A DNA stretch of 64,000 nt from contig OZ374565.1 of the NCBI GenBank assembly GCA_977862235.1, positions 62,001-126,000 on the forward strand. Reading direction: 5' to 3'. A program made the translations under genes and the position numbers. Position 1 is the first letter of the stretch. Each line of letters opens with the position of its first letter. The notes under the pieces were generated by a model that was not told the origin of the DNA, did no database searches, and saw nothing but the letters and a program-made list of their open reading frames with translations. The stretch is from Dudresnaya verticillata. Its lineage: Eukaryota. Below, one piece after another: positions 43,799 to 57,638 of this stretch.

Positions 43799-45484
43799 AT
43801 GGCGGACTCTGAGGATACCACCCTGCCACCTCAAAGGCTACCCACCCACGGTAACCAAGGTGCTCCCGTCAGCTCCGCGAACGAGTTGGAGGAAACCGAC
43901 TCAGAGGCATCTTCCTTGCATACTACCGTACCGTTTGCAGAAAATACCCGCCTTCACACCGTTGCACAGAAGACGTTTGTGGATGTCATCCGCACGCATC
44001 AGGAGTGCAATGTGACTGGTTCAGACTTCCTTGACATGTTTTGGGAAGACTATCCACCTTCTTTACTATTCGATGTTGCTATTGCATGTAATTTTGCTTT
44101 GATGAGAAGACTTGCCCTATTCTTACCAAGTAAGGTTGGTGTACCGTATGCTCCACATGAGTCGGGAGATGTTCTCAACCGGCTAGCTGTATCAATCTAT
44201 GAAGGTCCCTATCTTGCTTCAGCGTACCGTCATATCAGGAGCATGGTTTTGTCTCTCGGCAGTATCAACAGATCTGATTCGAGTATCGGTTCATCATCTC
44301 GCGACTCTGTTCCCAGAAGTCATGGCAGTAAATCTGAACGCCCGGAACGACACCTAGCGCTAAAAACTGAGGATGGTAACGAAGACTCGGATCAGCCATC
44401 TGGTGCTACTATAGGTGCTCGGTCACCGGCTCACAACATGGCCGTTCGCTTCAAGGATGATTCCAAGAAGTTCTCTGGTGCTTTAGGAGAATGCTGGAAG
44501 GAATACTTGGAGGACTATGTTGATGCCGCTACTGACTACGAGTTGACCGAAAAACAGAAGCTGCAGTATCTTCCCAATATCCTTAAGGCTAGTGCTAAAA
44601 GGTACTTTAACCGCAAAGTTAAGCACTCAGCTCACTCCTTCACAGCTGCAGATGATATGATGGAAGCGTATTTCAACTCCATCTCTCGACAGCATCGTAT
44701 CGAGAATCATCCCAATATGCTCCGCATCGAGAAGTTCGTTTCAGGGACAGTTAACCTCAGTGATGCATTGCAGAAAGTCGATGAGCAGATCTCAACGCTC
44801 GCTCCACAAGGCCCAATGCACTGTCATGCTGAAGCTAACATGGTCGTCTACCTTCGTCGAGCAGTCATTGGACACTCGTGGGCTAAGGAACCAATCAGCC
44901 GTGCTTCAGCTGAAAGGCTGACTTACCAAGAGTTCTTCTCTCAACTCGAATCGGCTATTCAGCAGAACAGAGAGGAGAAATCCCATAGGGCTCAGATGAA
45001 TCCCCGCAGCCGTTTTATCGGAGCTCCGCAGCCTGATTTTCCTAACACTCTACTTGCTAGATACGGAAGAGACAAGACCGTGGCTTTTGCCAGAGGTAAT
45101 AGTAAGCCGGTCTCTGCCCAATCAAGCAATATCGTGTGTTTCAATTGCGGAAAGAACCACATGATTAGAGATTGTAAGGAAGTCATGGACGCAGCAGCAA
45201 TTGCCGCACGAAAAGTTCAGTTTTATCAGAGGAAGAAGTTCGGAAATAATCAGAACAAAGCTTTGAAGCGAGTTTTGTTTGAAGTTTGCGAACAACTGAA
45301 ACCTGAGCCTGAGATTGAGGATGCCCACACATTCTTCAACGTCAGTGAAGAAGTAGAAGAGGAGATTCAAATCCGAGGTTCGGGAGATGAAAGAGAGTCG
45401 GAAGACGAAGAAGAAGAAGAAGACTCTATCGAACAGTTCTATCAGTCCATTGAGGGTTCCATTCCCAATGGGTTGGATTTTTAG
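43799..45484 (+). CDS. gag: Copia gag, unit 5 (G13R variant)
   Basis: Copy of 16119-17804 with G>A at 43835. Confidence 0.8.
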   Translation: MADSEDTTLPPQRLPTHGNQGAPVSSANELEETDSEASSLHTTVPFAENTRLHTVAQKTFVDVIRTHQECNVTGSDFLDMFWEDYPPSLLFDVAIACNFALMRRLALFLPSKVGVPYAPHESGDVLNRLAVSIYEGPYLASAYRHIRSMVLSLGSINRSDSSIGSSSRDSVPRSHGSKSERPERHLALKTEDGNEDSDQPSGATIGARSPAHNMAVRFKDDSKKFSGALGECWKEYLEDYVDAATDYELTEKQKLQYLPNILKASAKRYFNRKVKHSAHSFTAADDMMEAYFNSISRQHRIENHPNMLRIEKFVSGTVNLSDALQKVDEQISTLAPQGPMHCHAEANMVVYLRRAVIGHSWAKEPISRASAERLTYQEFFSQLESAIQQNREEKSHRAQMNPRSRFIGAPQPDFPNTLLARYGRDKTVAFARGNSKPVSAQSSNIVCFNCGKNHMIRDCKEVMDAAAIAARKVQFYQRKKFGNNQNKALKRVLFEVCEQLKPEPEIEDAHTFFNVSEEVEEEIQIRGSGDERESEDEEEEEDSIEQFYQSIEGSIPNGLDF

Positions 45485-48400
45485 AACGGAGTACTCGCCA
45501 ATGTCACCCTGAATTGCCAGAGTCAGAGCAAATTGACACGAGCTCGAACGCTCCGCCTAATTTACTATCTGGCATGAAAAATCCGATTCTGTTTAGTGCG
45601 TTAAAAAAGGGGAAAAGCCAAAAAATAGAAAACAGAAAAATCCAAGAAGTAGAAATAGACCCTACATGCATATTCTCAACACCGGTATAGAAGACATTAA
45701 GTTGGACAGTAGCTCAAATGACTTCCACGGGGCTTGCATAGACACTGGAGCTCAACGCAGTGTAATTGGAAAGCAACAGGCAAAAGCATATTGCAAGAAG
45801 GTTGGAGTCCAATTCAAGCATAAAGCTTCTCCGCTAAGGTACCGTCTTGGAAAGGGAACATTTTCTGCAATAGGTTCAATCCCAGTTAGAATTTGTACGC
45901 CTGATGGAAAAGTTCTGAGGTTGAACGTTGACGTTATTGATGTGAAATTCCATTCTTACTTGGTCTAGATTTTCTAGATAGAGAGAAAATATTCGCGGAC
46001 AACGTTGACAATCAGCTGGTCTGCAAACTAGGATGGCATATGCCAATCGTTCGCAAGTTCGGTCATCTTTATGTCGATTGGACGGACTACGCCGTCAACT
46101 TTACCAAAGCAGAGCTGAAGAAACTCCATCTACACTTCTATCATCCTACTGTACAGAAGCTTTACGCTCTGCTCAAAAGAGCTAAACCTGAAGAGGTTGA
46201 CCACGACACGAAGAAGCTTCTAAACAAAATTACTACAGCATGAAGTGCAACACCCAAACACGGGGATTGCCCCAACCGTGTTCGACGCGGTCTCCCGCGG
46301 TTAGGTAGCAGGCGCCACGCGGTGAGGCGGGCGCCTGTGTGCTGGTAGAGCAGCCGAGACACGGGGTGTGCCCCGGGGATAGTGTAACCGGGGTCGACTG
46401 TAAACCCCCGATCCACCTGAAGTGCCGTAGTGCACGTAAACGTAGCGACGGCGATACACGCCGGTAGGATGGCGCGGAAGAGGGACTCAGAACAGGGTAC
46501 GTAGCCCGAGTTGCGTCCGGTGGTGACACCGGAAGCAAAGTCGGGGGTATCCTCAGGTTCCGAGACCAACTTGGCGCTTTACTGTGAGAGGGGCTCACCC
46601 CGTATACTAAGTATCCCCCGCGGGAGGTGCGCGCGCGTGTCTGGCGCCGTGCGCCTGACACTTGGCATGTGCGCGCACCGCGGGCTCACTAAAATATCGC
46701 GCAAAAATATCTAGCGTAGAAATACTACTAGCGCACTGTAAATCAGTGTAAACTAAGGGTGCGCGTTGCTGGCGTGCACCCGATCGAGGACTCCCTCGGA
46801 TATGTTCGGCGCGCGTGTCGCGCGTGTAAACGTGGATGAGTGCGCATACCAGTGCGCGTGTATGTGAGCGGGCGTCCGCGCAAAAACAGGTTCCGGGCAC
46901 TGCACCACACAGCATGCCAAACTTGTCAAAGATTCACTCCACGACAACAGAGTTTCAAGGTTTCATTTCCAAAGGGAATCGTATTTAACCAAGAGCTCGC
47001 ATTGGATTTAATGTTTCTTGACGGAATGGCAGTACTACATGTCGTGGACTTGCAAACGCATTTTAGTGCAGCAACATTTTTGGCTGGTCAATCGATACAG
47101 GCTACTTGGTATGCATTCTTGGAATGCTGGGCTACCGTATACACTGGTTTCCCAGACTCTATTAAGACAGACCAAGGAAGCATATTTACTTCACCAAAGT
47201 GGAAAGAAATTATGGACGCCTACGGTATTGCGTTTACACTTACCGCCGTAGAAAGCCATAATTCCTTAGGTGCTGGTGAAAGGTATCACGCACCATTGAG
47301 AAGGATTTATCACAAAATCCGACATTCTCAGCCGAATATTGATGTCATGATGGCTCTTAGATTAGCTGTCAAGGCGATGAATGATACTATGAACCCTGAG
47401 GGGCTCGTTCCTTCCCTCCTCGTCTTCGGTGTTCTACCAAGGTTTCCTGGAGCATCTCAGTCCTTACCTGATCAGCAAGAAAGAATGCAGGCACTCTTGC
47501 TTGCTAGACTTGAGATGGAAATTATTTCTAACCAACTCCGTTTACGGAAGGCATTAGAATCGAGGCTTCCGCAAGCTGCTTCCCATGAGCTGGAAGTTGG
47601 ACAGGAAGTTCTAGTGTATCGAGAAGATGAGAAACCGATCAAATGGACTGGCCCGTTCAAGATCAAGAGATTAGAAGGGAAGCAAGTGTTCATAGATCGA
47701 GATGGTACTGAGGCTCAACACTCAGTAGCCCAAGTCAAGCCGTTCCTTCAAGAGGAGGAAGTCGGTGAAAACTTTGTGGACGTACTACACTCAATGGTAA
47801 GGCCTTTCGTTTCCTGCAAAGGCAGGGAACAAGAACCAGCTAGAGTGTATGTCACTGAAGTTCTACATCCAAGAGACCCTAGAGGAGGCTCTCCAGAGTT
47901 CTTGGAAGCTAAGAAGAAAGAGATTAAAGGTCTCATTGAGAAGGGTACTTGGAAATTAGTACTGAGAGAAGACGTCCCCAATAACGCAAACATATTGAAT
48001 GGTAGATTTGTTTTGGCTATCAAGAATGCCAATACTAACGAAGAGATTTTCAAAGCAAGATATGTGGTCCAAGGACATAAGGATAAGGAGAAGAACTTCT
48101 TGATCCACAATTCTACCAACGTGAGACAGAGTTCTACACGACTGATGATGGCAATAGCTTCTATGTATGGCTTCCGCGTCTGGAGTCATGATGTTAAACA
48201 AGCTTACTTGCAGAGCTCAGAACAAATTTTGAGAAAGGTCTATTTGAAGCCCTCAAAGGAGTTCGAGCTAGCACTCAACCAGTTGTTAGAGCTTCTCAAA
48301 CCATTGTATGGTCTACCAGATTCTGGAGATTACTGGAACCAGACCATGCTACTGCATCTTACAAAGGACCTGTACATGCAGCGGACTGTCAGTGATGTTT

Positions 48401-49382
48401 CCTTGTTCTTCAGGTACATCGACGGAAAACTCGCAGGAATGACGGGTTCCTATGTAGATGATTCGTTACACTGTGGTAACGAAAAGTTTCTGAAACTTTC
48501 CGACAAGTCTTTAGAAAAGTTCGAATCAAGAGAAAGAGAGTTCGATGATGTTGTGTTCGCAGGAGTGGCCGTCAAGAACTCTCCAAATGGATTTCAGCTT
48601 GGACAAGAAGACTACATAAGGAAGCTTTCTATCCTCCCGTTAGATTGTAGTTACTCTGATTTCAGGTCCAGTCGTGCTAAATTAGCATGGGTTACTCACA
48701 CTAGACCTGACATATGTTTTATGGTGAACAAATTAGCACAACAGCAGCAAAGTTCGACATCGGACAAATTAAGAAATTGAACAAGGTCGTTAAGAAGATT
48801 CAGAAGGATCCGAAGAGATGCCTACAGTATCAAAAGTTGGACTTCCGCACGTTACATCTCAAGGTGTACGCTGACTCGTCATTTGCTAATAACGAAGATC
48901 AGACCTCTCAGCTAGGCTACATCGTCCTACTAGCAGATGATTCGGGCAAATGCAGCATAACTCACTACTCCAGCCACAAGAGCAGACGCGTCGTTCGGTC
49001 TGTACTTGGCGGGGAAGTATATGCCTTCGCTGATGCTTTTGATTTCTCTTTCACCCTGAAGCACGACCCTGAGCGCATTCTGAAGAAGAGAATCCCACTC
49101 AAGATCTTCACGGATTCTCGTAGCTTGTTTGACGTAATCACGAAAGCGTCTTCCACTACTGAGAAAAGGCTAATGATAGACATCAGAGCCGTTCGGAATG
49201 CTTATGATGCAAAAGAGATATCTGATGTTGGTTTCATTCGTTCTCAGCATAACCCGGCTGATTCGTTTACCAAAGAAGGAGCAAATGATGCGCTCCATGA
49301 CATTGTTTCAAAGGGAAAATACGACCATCCTATCGAACAATGGGTTGTTCGAGACTGGAATACTTCACTAAAAATGTCTTAG
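45481..49382 (+). pseudogene. pol: Copia pol, disrupted, unit 5
   Basis: Same lesions as unit 1. Confidence 0.9.
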
Positions 49383-49899
49383 TCTGCAAAAGTGACCAAG
49401 AAGGATTAAGCGAAAGAGACGGGACTTTGGAAAGACTGAAGCAGACTGACTGCTGAGGGTGCCAGATTGGCGCTTAGATGCGACACAGTTTTATCTACGT
49501 CGCAATAAATCTACTTAGTCTTTATTTACTTTTGCTACAGTAAAATATTTTCTAGTGGATAGGTCGTACATTTAGAGACTAGAGCTAGTCTTTATGTGAA
49601 GATAGAGTTAGTCTTTTATTTAGTAGACTAACGCTGCAAAACTAGCTCTAAAAGTACGGTTTTACCTGCCGGAGTCTTGGCTAGCAAGCGCTCCGGCAGA
49701 GTATAAAGGGCCTCCCTCGCCGGCCAACTCGGCGAGGAAAGGACACACATTATCAACTCAAACCACCACCCCCAAGCCACTACTTGACATTTCCATATTT
49801 ACCGTCAACCGCTGTACGCATCGTGTGTATTTTTCCCGTTTTTGCTTACAGCCGCGCCGGTTCTGCCACATTGATCAATTACGCTCTACCGCCGCCGTT

Positions 49900-50628
49900 A
49901 TGCCGCTACGAAGCGTCCTAAGTAAGTTTTTCATTTAATTTTTGCCTGGGTCTTTGCTCTTGCAAGTGGTAAATTCTCTTTGCTCGATTTGGTGTGCTTG
50001 AAGTGCTATAATCCCAAATTAAGTCACTGACGATTTGCCATTTATTTTTGAACCAATCGTAATTTGGCTTGCAACAGTTCCGACCACAGCCGCCTCGACA
50101 CCTGTCTTGGCGGCGGGCATCGTTGCCTCCGGCGGCGCGGCCAATCTACGGGCCCCCGTTGCGACTGTAAGTGCTACCGTTACAGTCCCGGAGTGCAACG
50201 AAATTAAAAGTGCCGCCGTGCGCACTATACGGACCAACGCCGTATCTAAGGGCCTATCTACGTCCCCGCCTTCGTCGCACGCACTACCGCCTGTGCCGCG
50301 CAAGCCCGCCGTCGCCGCGCCGCGTCCCGCGCAGCTACAGCGGTTGAACCGGCGCAAGGCGAAAGTCCTGGCCGACAAGGTAAATAAGGCCGCCAAGAAA
50401 ACGCGTCGGGCACCGCGCGCGAAGCGTTTCTGCAAGCTGTGCAAGATTTCTTGCAACGGGCCGAAACCGTGGCTCGACCATATCGAGTCACGTGCCCATA
50501 TTCAAGCACGCGATAATCGGCGCGAGCTACCGCGCTGTAAACCGTGCCACCGCACATTCGAGTCTCACGGACACCTGTCCCGCCACTTGAACAGTAAGGG
50601 CCACCTCGACGTAATTTCGAAACTCTAG
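49900..50628 (+). CDS. Zinc-finger gene, unit 6
   Basis: Copy of 15300-16028. Confidence 0.75.
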
Positions 50629-50718
50629 ATTCTTTTGATAAAATTTGTTGCTTTCAAAAGAATTGTCTCAACTTAACAAAAGTTTCGAAATATCGTACAC
50701 GTCCAAACCCGACCTGTA

Positions 50719-52404
50719 ATGGCGGACTCTGAGGATACCACCCTGCCACCTCAAGGGCTACCCACCCACGGTAACCAAGGTGCTCCCGTCAGCTCCGCGA
50801 ACGAGTTGGAGGAAACCGACTCAGAGGCATCTTCCTTGCATACTACCGTACCGTTTGCAGAAAATACCCGCCTTCACACCGTTGCACAGAAGACGTTTGT
50901 GGATGTCATCCGCACGCATCAGGAGTGCAATGTGACTGGTTCAGACTTCCTTGACATGTTTTGGGAAGACTATCCACCTTCTTTACTATTCGATGTTGCT
51001 ATTGCATGTAATTTTGCTTTGATGAGAAGACTTGCCCTATTCTTACCAAGTAAGGTTGGTGTACCGTATGCTCCACATGAGTCGGGAGATGTTCTCAACC
51101 GGCTAGCTGTATCAATCTATGAAGGTCCCTATCTTGCTTCAGCGTACCGTCATATCAGGAGCATGGTTTTGTCTCTCGGCAGTATCAACAGATCTGATTC
51201 GAGTATCGGTTCATCATCTCGCGACTCTGTTCCCAGAAGTCATGGCAGTAAATCTGAACGCCCGGAACGACACCTAGCGCTAAAAACTGAGGATGGTAAC
51301 GAAGACTCGGATCAGCCATCTGGTGCTACTATAGGTGCTCGGTCACCGGCTCACAACATGGCCGTTCGCTTCAAGGATGATTCCAAGAAGTTCTCTGGTG
51401 CTTTAGGAGAATGCTGGAAGGAATACTTGGAGGACTATGTTGATGCCGCTACTGACTACGAGTTGACCGAAAAACAGAAGCTGCAGTATCTTCCCAATAT
51501 CCTTAAGGCTAGTGCTAAAAGGTACTTTAACCGCAAAGTTAAGCACTCAGCTCACTCCTTCACAGCTGCAGATGATATGATGGAAGCGTATTTCAACTCC
51601 ATCTCTCGACAGCATCGTATCGAGAATCATCCCAATATGCTCCGCATCGAGAAGTTCGTTTCAGGGACAGTTAACCTCAGTGATGCATTGCAGAAAGTCG
51701 ATGAGCAGATCTCAACGCTCGCTCCACAAGGCCCAATGCACTGTCATGCTGAAGCTAACATGGTCGTCTACCTTCGTCGAGCAGTCATTGGACACTCGTG
51801 GGCTAAGGAACCAATCAGCCGTGCTTCAGCTGAAAGGCTGACTTACCAAGAGTTCTTCTCTCAACTCGAATCGGCTATTCAGCAGAACAGAGAGGAGAAA
51901 TCCCATAGGGCTCAGATGAATCCCCGCAGCCGTTTTATCGGAGCTCCGCAGCCTGATTTTCCTAACACTCTACTTGCTAGATACGGAAGAGACAAGACCG
52001 TGGCTTTTGCCAGAGGTAATAGTAAGCCGGTCTCTGCCCAATCAAGCAATATCGTGTGTTTCAATTGCGGAAAGAACCACATGATTAGAGATTGTAAGGA
52101 AGTCATGGACGCAGCAGCAATTGCCGCACGAAAAGTTCAGTTTTATCAGAGGAAGAAGTTCGGAAATAATCAGAACAAAGCTTTGAAGCGAGTTTTGTTT
52201 GAAGTTTGCGAACAACTGAAACCTGAGCCTGAGATTGAGGATGCCCACACATTCTTCAACGTCAGTGAAGAAGTAGAAGAGGAGATTCAAATCCGAGGTT
52301 CGGGAGATGAAAGAGAGTCGGAAGACGAAGAAGAAGAAGAAGACTCTATCGAACAGTTCTATCAGTCCATTGAGGGTTCCATTCCCAATGGGTTGGATTT
52401 TTAG
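50719..52404 (+). CDS. gag: Copia gag, unit 6
   Basis: Copy of 16119-17804. Confidence 0.8.
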   Translation: MADSEDTTLPPQGLPTHGNQGAPVSSANELEETDSEASSLHTTVPFAENTRLHTVAQKTFVDVIRTHQECNVTGSDFLDMFWEDYPPSLLFDVAIACNFALMRRLALFLPSKVGVPYAPHESGDVLNRLAVSIYEGPYLASAYRHIRSMVLSLGSINRSDSSIGSSSRDSVPRSHGSKSERPERHLALKTEDGNEDSDQPSGATIGARSPAHNMAVRFKDDSKKFSGALGECWKEYLEDYVDAATDYELTEKQKLQYLPNILKASAKRYFNRKVKHSAHSFTAADDMMEAYFNSISRQHRIENHPNMLRIEKFVSGTVNLSDALQKVDEQISTLAPQGPMHCHAEANMVVYLRRAVIGHSWAKEPISRASAERLTYQEFFSQLESAIQQNREEKSHRAQMNPRSRFIGAPQPDFPNTLLARYGRDKTVAFARGNSKPVSAQSSNIVCFNCGKNHMIRDCKEVMDAAAIAARKVQFYQRKKFGNNQNKALKRVLFEVCEQLKPEPEIEDAHTFFNVSEEVEEEIQIRGSGDERESEDEEEEEDSIEQFYQSIEGSIPNGLDF

Positions 52405-55400
52405 AACGGAGTACTCGCCAATGTCACCCTGAATTGCCAGAGTCAGAGCAAATTGACACGAGCTCGAACGCTCCGCCTAATTTACTATCTGGCATGAAAA
52501 ATCCGATTCTGTTTAGTGCGTTAAAAAAGGGGAAAAGCCAAAAAATAGAAAACAGAAAAATCCAAGAAGTAGAAATAGACCCTACATGCATATTCTCAAC
52601 ACCGGTATAGAAGACATTAAGTTGGACAGTAGCTCAAATGACTTCCACGGGGCTTGCATAGACACTGGAGCTCAACGCAGTGTAATTGGAAAGCAACAGG
52701 CAAAAGCATATTGCAAGAAGGTTGGAGTCCAATTCAAGCATAAAGCTTCTCCGCTAAGGTACCGTCTTGGAAAGGGAACATTTTCTGCAATAGGTTCAAT
52801 CCCAGTTAGAATTTGTACGCCTGATGGAAAAGTTCTGAGGTTGAACGTTGACGTTATTGATGTGAAATTCCATTCTTACTTGGTCTAGATTTTCTAGATA
52901 GAGAGAAAATATTCGCGGACAACGTTGACAATCAGCTGGTCTGCAAACTAGGATGGCATATGCCAATCGTTCGCAAGTTCGGTCATCTTTATGTCGATTG
53001 GACGGACTACGCCGTCAACTTTACCAAAGCAGAGCTGAAGAAACTCCATCTACACTTCTATCATCCTACTGTACAGAAGCTTTACGCTCTGCTCAAAAGA
53101 GCTAAACCTGAAGAGGTTGACCACGACACGAAGAAGCTTCTAAACAAAATTACTACAGCATGAAGTGCAACACCCAAACACGGGGATTGCCCCAACCGTG
53201 TTCGACGCGGTCTCCCGCGGTTAGGTAGCAGGCGCCACGCGGTGAGGCGGGCGCCTGTGTGCTGGTAGAGCAGCCGAGACACGGGGTGTGCCCCGGGGAT
53301 AGTGTAACCGGGGTCGACTGTAAACCCCCGATCCACCTGAAGTGCCGTAGTGCACGTAAACGTAGCGACGGCGATACACGCCGGTAGGATGGCGCGGAAG
53401 AGGGACTCAGAACAGGGTACGTAGCCCGAGTTGCGTCCGGTGGTGACACCGGAAGCAAAGTCGGGGGTATCCTCAGGTTCCGAGACCAACTTGGCGCTTT
53501 ACTGTGAGAGGGGCTCACCCCGTATACTAAGTATCCCCCGCGGGAGGTGCGCGCGCGTGTCTGGCGCCGTGCGCCTGACACTTGGCATGTGCGCGCACCG
53601 CGGGCTCACTAAAATATCGCGCAAAAATATCTAGCGTAGAAATACTACTAGCGCACTGTAAATCAGTGTAAACTAAGGGTGCGCGTTGCTGGCGTGCACC
53701 CGATCGAGGACTCCCTCGGATATGTTCGGCGCGCGTGTCGCGCGTGTAAACGTGGATGAGTGCGCATACCAGTGCGCGTGTATGTGAGCGGGCGTCCGCG
53801 CAAAAACAGGTTCCGGGCACTGCACCACACAGCATGCCAAACTTGTCAAAGATTCACTCCACGACAACAGAGTTTCAAGGTTTCATTTCCAAAGGGAATC
53901 GTATTTAACCAAGAGCTCGCATTGGATTTAATGTTTCTTGACGGAATGGCAGTACTACATGTCGTGGACTTGCAAACGCATTTTAGTGCAGCAACATTTT
54001 TGGCTGGTCAATCGATACAGGCTACTTGGTATGCATTCTTGGAATGCTGGGCTACCGTATACACTGGTTTCCCAGACTCTATTAAGACAGACCAAGGAAG
54101 CATATTTACTTCACCAAAGTGGAAAGAAATTATGGACGCCTACGGTATTGCGTTTACACTTACCGCCGTAGAAAGCCATAATTCCTTAGGTGCTGGTGAA
54201 AGGTATCACGCACCATTGAGAAGGATTTATCACAAAATCCGACATTCTCAGCCGAATATTGATGTCATGATGGCTCTTAGATTAGCTGTCAAGGCGATGA
54301 ATGATACTATGAACCCTGAGGGGCTCGTTCCTTCCCTCCTCGTCTTCGGTGTTCTACCAAGGTTTCCTGGAGCATCTCAGTCCTTACCTGATCAGCAAGA
54401 AAGAATGCAGGCACTCTTGCTTGCTAGACTTGAGATGGAAATTATTTCTAACCAACTCCGTTTACGGAAGGCATTAGAATCGAGGCTTCCGCAAGCTGCT
54501 TCCCATGAGCTGGAAGTTGGACAGGAAGTTCTAGTGTATCGAGAAGATGAGAAACCGATCAAATGGACTGGCCCGTTCAAGATCAAGAGATTAGAAGGGA
54601 AGCAAGTGTTCATAGATCGAGATGGTACTGAGGCTCAACACTCAGTAGCCCAAGTCAAGCCGTTCCTTCAAGAGGAGGAAGTCGGTGAAAACTTTGTGGA
54701 CGTACTACACTCAATGGTAAGGCCTTTCGTTTCCTGCAAAGGCAGGGAACAAGAACCAGCTAGAGTGTATGTCACTGAAGTTCTACATCCAAGAGACCCT
54801 AGAGGAGGCTCTCCAGAGTTCTTGGAAGCTAAGAAGAAAGAGATTAAAGGTCTCATTGAGAAGGGTACTTGGAAATTAGTACTGAGAGAAGACGTCCCCA
54901 ATAACGCAAACATATTGAATGGTAGATTTGTTTTGGCTATCAAGAATGCCAATACTAACGAAGAGATTTTCAAAGCAAGATATGTGGTCCAAGGACATAA
55001 GGATAAGGAGAAGAACTTCTTGATCCACAATTCTACCAACGTGAGACAGAGTTCTACACGACTGATGATGGCAATAGCTTCTATGTATGGCTTCCGCGTC
55101 TGGAGTCATGATGTTAAACAAGCTTACTTGCAGAGCTCAGAACAAATTTTGAGAAAGGTCTATTTGAAGCCCTCAAAGGAGTTCGAGCTAGCACTCAACC
55201 AGTTGTTAGAGCTTCTCAAACCATTGTATGGTCTACCAGATTCTGGAGATTACTGGAACCAGACCATGCTACTGCATCTTACAAAGGACCTGTACATGCA
55301 GCGGACTGTCAGTGATGTTTCCTTGTTCTTCAGGTACATCGACGGAAAACTCGCAGGAATGACGGGTTCCTATGTAGATGATTCGTTACACTGTGGTAAC

Positions 55401-56302
55401 GAAAAGTTTCTGAAACTTTCCGACAAGTCTTTAGAAAAGTTCGAATCAAGAGAAAGAGAGTTCGATGATGTTGTGTTCGCAGGAGTGGCCGTCAAGAACT
55501 CTCCAAATGGATTTCAGCTTGGACAAGAAGACTACATAAGGAAGCTTTCTATCCTCCCGTTAGATTGTAGTTACTCTGATTTCAGGTCCAGTCGTGCTAA
55601 ATTAGCATGGGTTACTCACACTAGACCTGACATATGTTTTATGGTGAACAAATTAGCACAACAGCAGCAAAGTTCGACATCGGACAAATTAAGAAATTGA
55701 ACAAGGTCGTTAAGAAGATTCAGAAGGATCCGAAGAGATGCCTACAGTATCAAAAGTTGGACTTCCGCACGTTACATCTCAAGGTGTACGCTGACTCGTC
55801 ATTTGCTAATAACGAAGATCAGACCTCTCAGCTAGGCTACATCGTCCTACTAGCAGATGATTCGGGCAAATGCAGCATAACTCACTACTCCAGCCACAAG
55901 AGCAGACGCGTCGTTCGGTCTGTACTTGGCGGGGAAGTATATGCCTTCGCTGATGCTTTTGATTTCTCTTTCACCCTGAAGCACGACCCTGAGCGCATTC
56001 TGAAGAAGAGAATCCCACTCAAGATCTTCACGGATTCTCGTAGCTTGTTTGACGTAATCACGAAAGCGTCTTCCACTACTGAGAAAAGGCTAATGATAGA
56101 CATCAGAGCCGTTCGGAATGCTTATGATGCAAAAGAGATATCTGATGTTGGTTTCATTCGTTCTCAGCATAACCCGGCTGATTCGTTTACCAAAGAAGGA
56201 GCAAATGATGCGCTCCATGACATTGTTTCAAAGGGAAAATACGACCATCCTATCGAACAATGGGTTGTTCGAGACTGGAATACTTCACTAAAAATGTCTT
56301 AG
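52401..56302 (+). pseudogene. pol: Copia pol, disrupted, unit 6
   Basis: Same lesions as unit 1. Confidence 0.9.
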
Positions 56303-56819
56303 TCTGCAAAAGTGACCAAGAAGGATTAAGCGAAAGAGACGGGACTTTGGAAAGACTGAAGCAGACTGACTGCTGAGGGTGCCAGATTGGCGCTTAGATG
56401 CGACACAGTTTTATCTACGTCGCAATAAATCTACTTAGTCTTTATTTACTTTTGCTACAGTAAAATATTTTCTAGTGGATAGGTCGTACATTTAGAGACT
56501 AGAGCTAGTCTTTATGTGAAGATAGAGTTAGTCTTTTATTTAGTAGACTAACGCTGCAAAACTAGCTCTAAAAGTACGGTTTTACCTGCCGGAGTCTTGG
56601 CTAGCAAGCGCTCCGGCAGAGTATAAAGGGCCTCCCTCGCCGGCCAACTCGGCGAGGAAAGGACACACATTATCAACTCAAACCACCACCCCCAAGCCAC
56701 TACTTGACATTTCCATATTTACCGTCAACCGCTGTACGCATCGTGTGTATTTTTCCCGTTTTTGCTTACAGCCGCGCCGGTTCTGCCACATTGATCAATT
56801 ACGCTCTACCGCCGCCGTT

Positions 56820-57548
56820 ATGCCGCTACGAAGCGTCCTAAGTAAGTTTTTCATTTAATTTTTGCCTGGGTCTTTGCTCTTGCAAGTGGTAAATTCTCTT
56901 TGCTCGATTTGGTGTGCTTGAAGTGCTATAATCCCAAATTAAGTCACTGACGATTTGCCATTTATTTTTGAACCAATCGTAATTTGGCTTGCAACAGTTC
57001 CGACCACAGCCGCCTCGACACCTGTCTTGGCGGCGGGCATCGTTGCCTCCGGCGGCGCGGCCAATCTACGGGCCCCCGTTGCGACTGTAAGTGCTACCGT
57101 TACAGTCCCGGAGTGCAACGAAATTAAAAGTGCCGCCGTGCGCACTATACGGACCAACGCCGTATCTAAGGGCCTATCTACGTCCCCGCCTTCGTCGCAC
57201 GCACTACCGCCTGTGCCGCGCAAGCCCGCCGTCGCCGCGCCGCGTCCCGCGCAGCTACAGCGGTTGAACCGGCGCAAGGCGAAAGTCCTGGCCGACAAGG
57301 TAAATAAGGCCGCCAAGAAAACGCGTCGGGCACCGCGCGCGAAGCGTTTCTGCAAGCTGTGCAAGATTTCTTGCAACGGGCCGAAACCGTGGCTCGACCA
57401 TATCGAGTCACGTGCCCATATTCAAGCACGCGATAATCGGCGCGAGCTACCGCGCTGTAAACCGTGCCACCGCACATTCGAGTCTCACGGACACCTGTCC
57501 CGCCACTTGAACAGTAAGGGCCACCTCGACGTAATTTCGAAACTCTAG
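56820..57548 (+). CDS. Zinc-finger gene, unit 7
   Basis: Copy of 15300-16028. Confidence 0.75.
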
Positions 57549-57638
57549 ATTCTTTTGATAAAATTTGTTGCTTTCAAAAGAATTGTCTCAACTTAACAAA
57601 AGTTTCGAAATATCGTACACGTCCAAACCCGACCTGTA

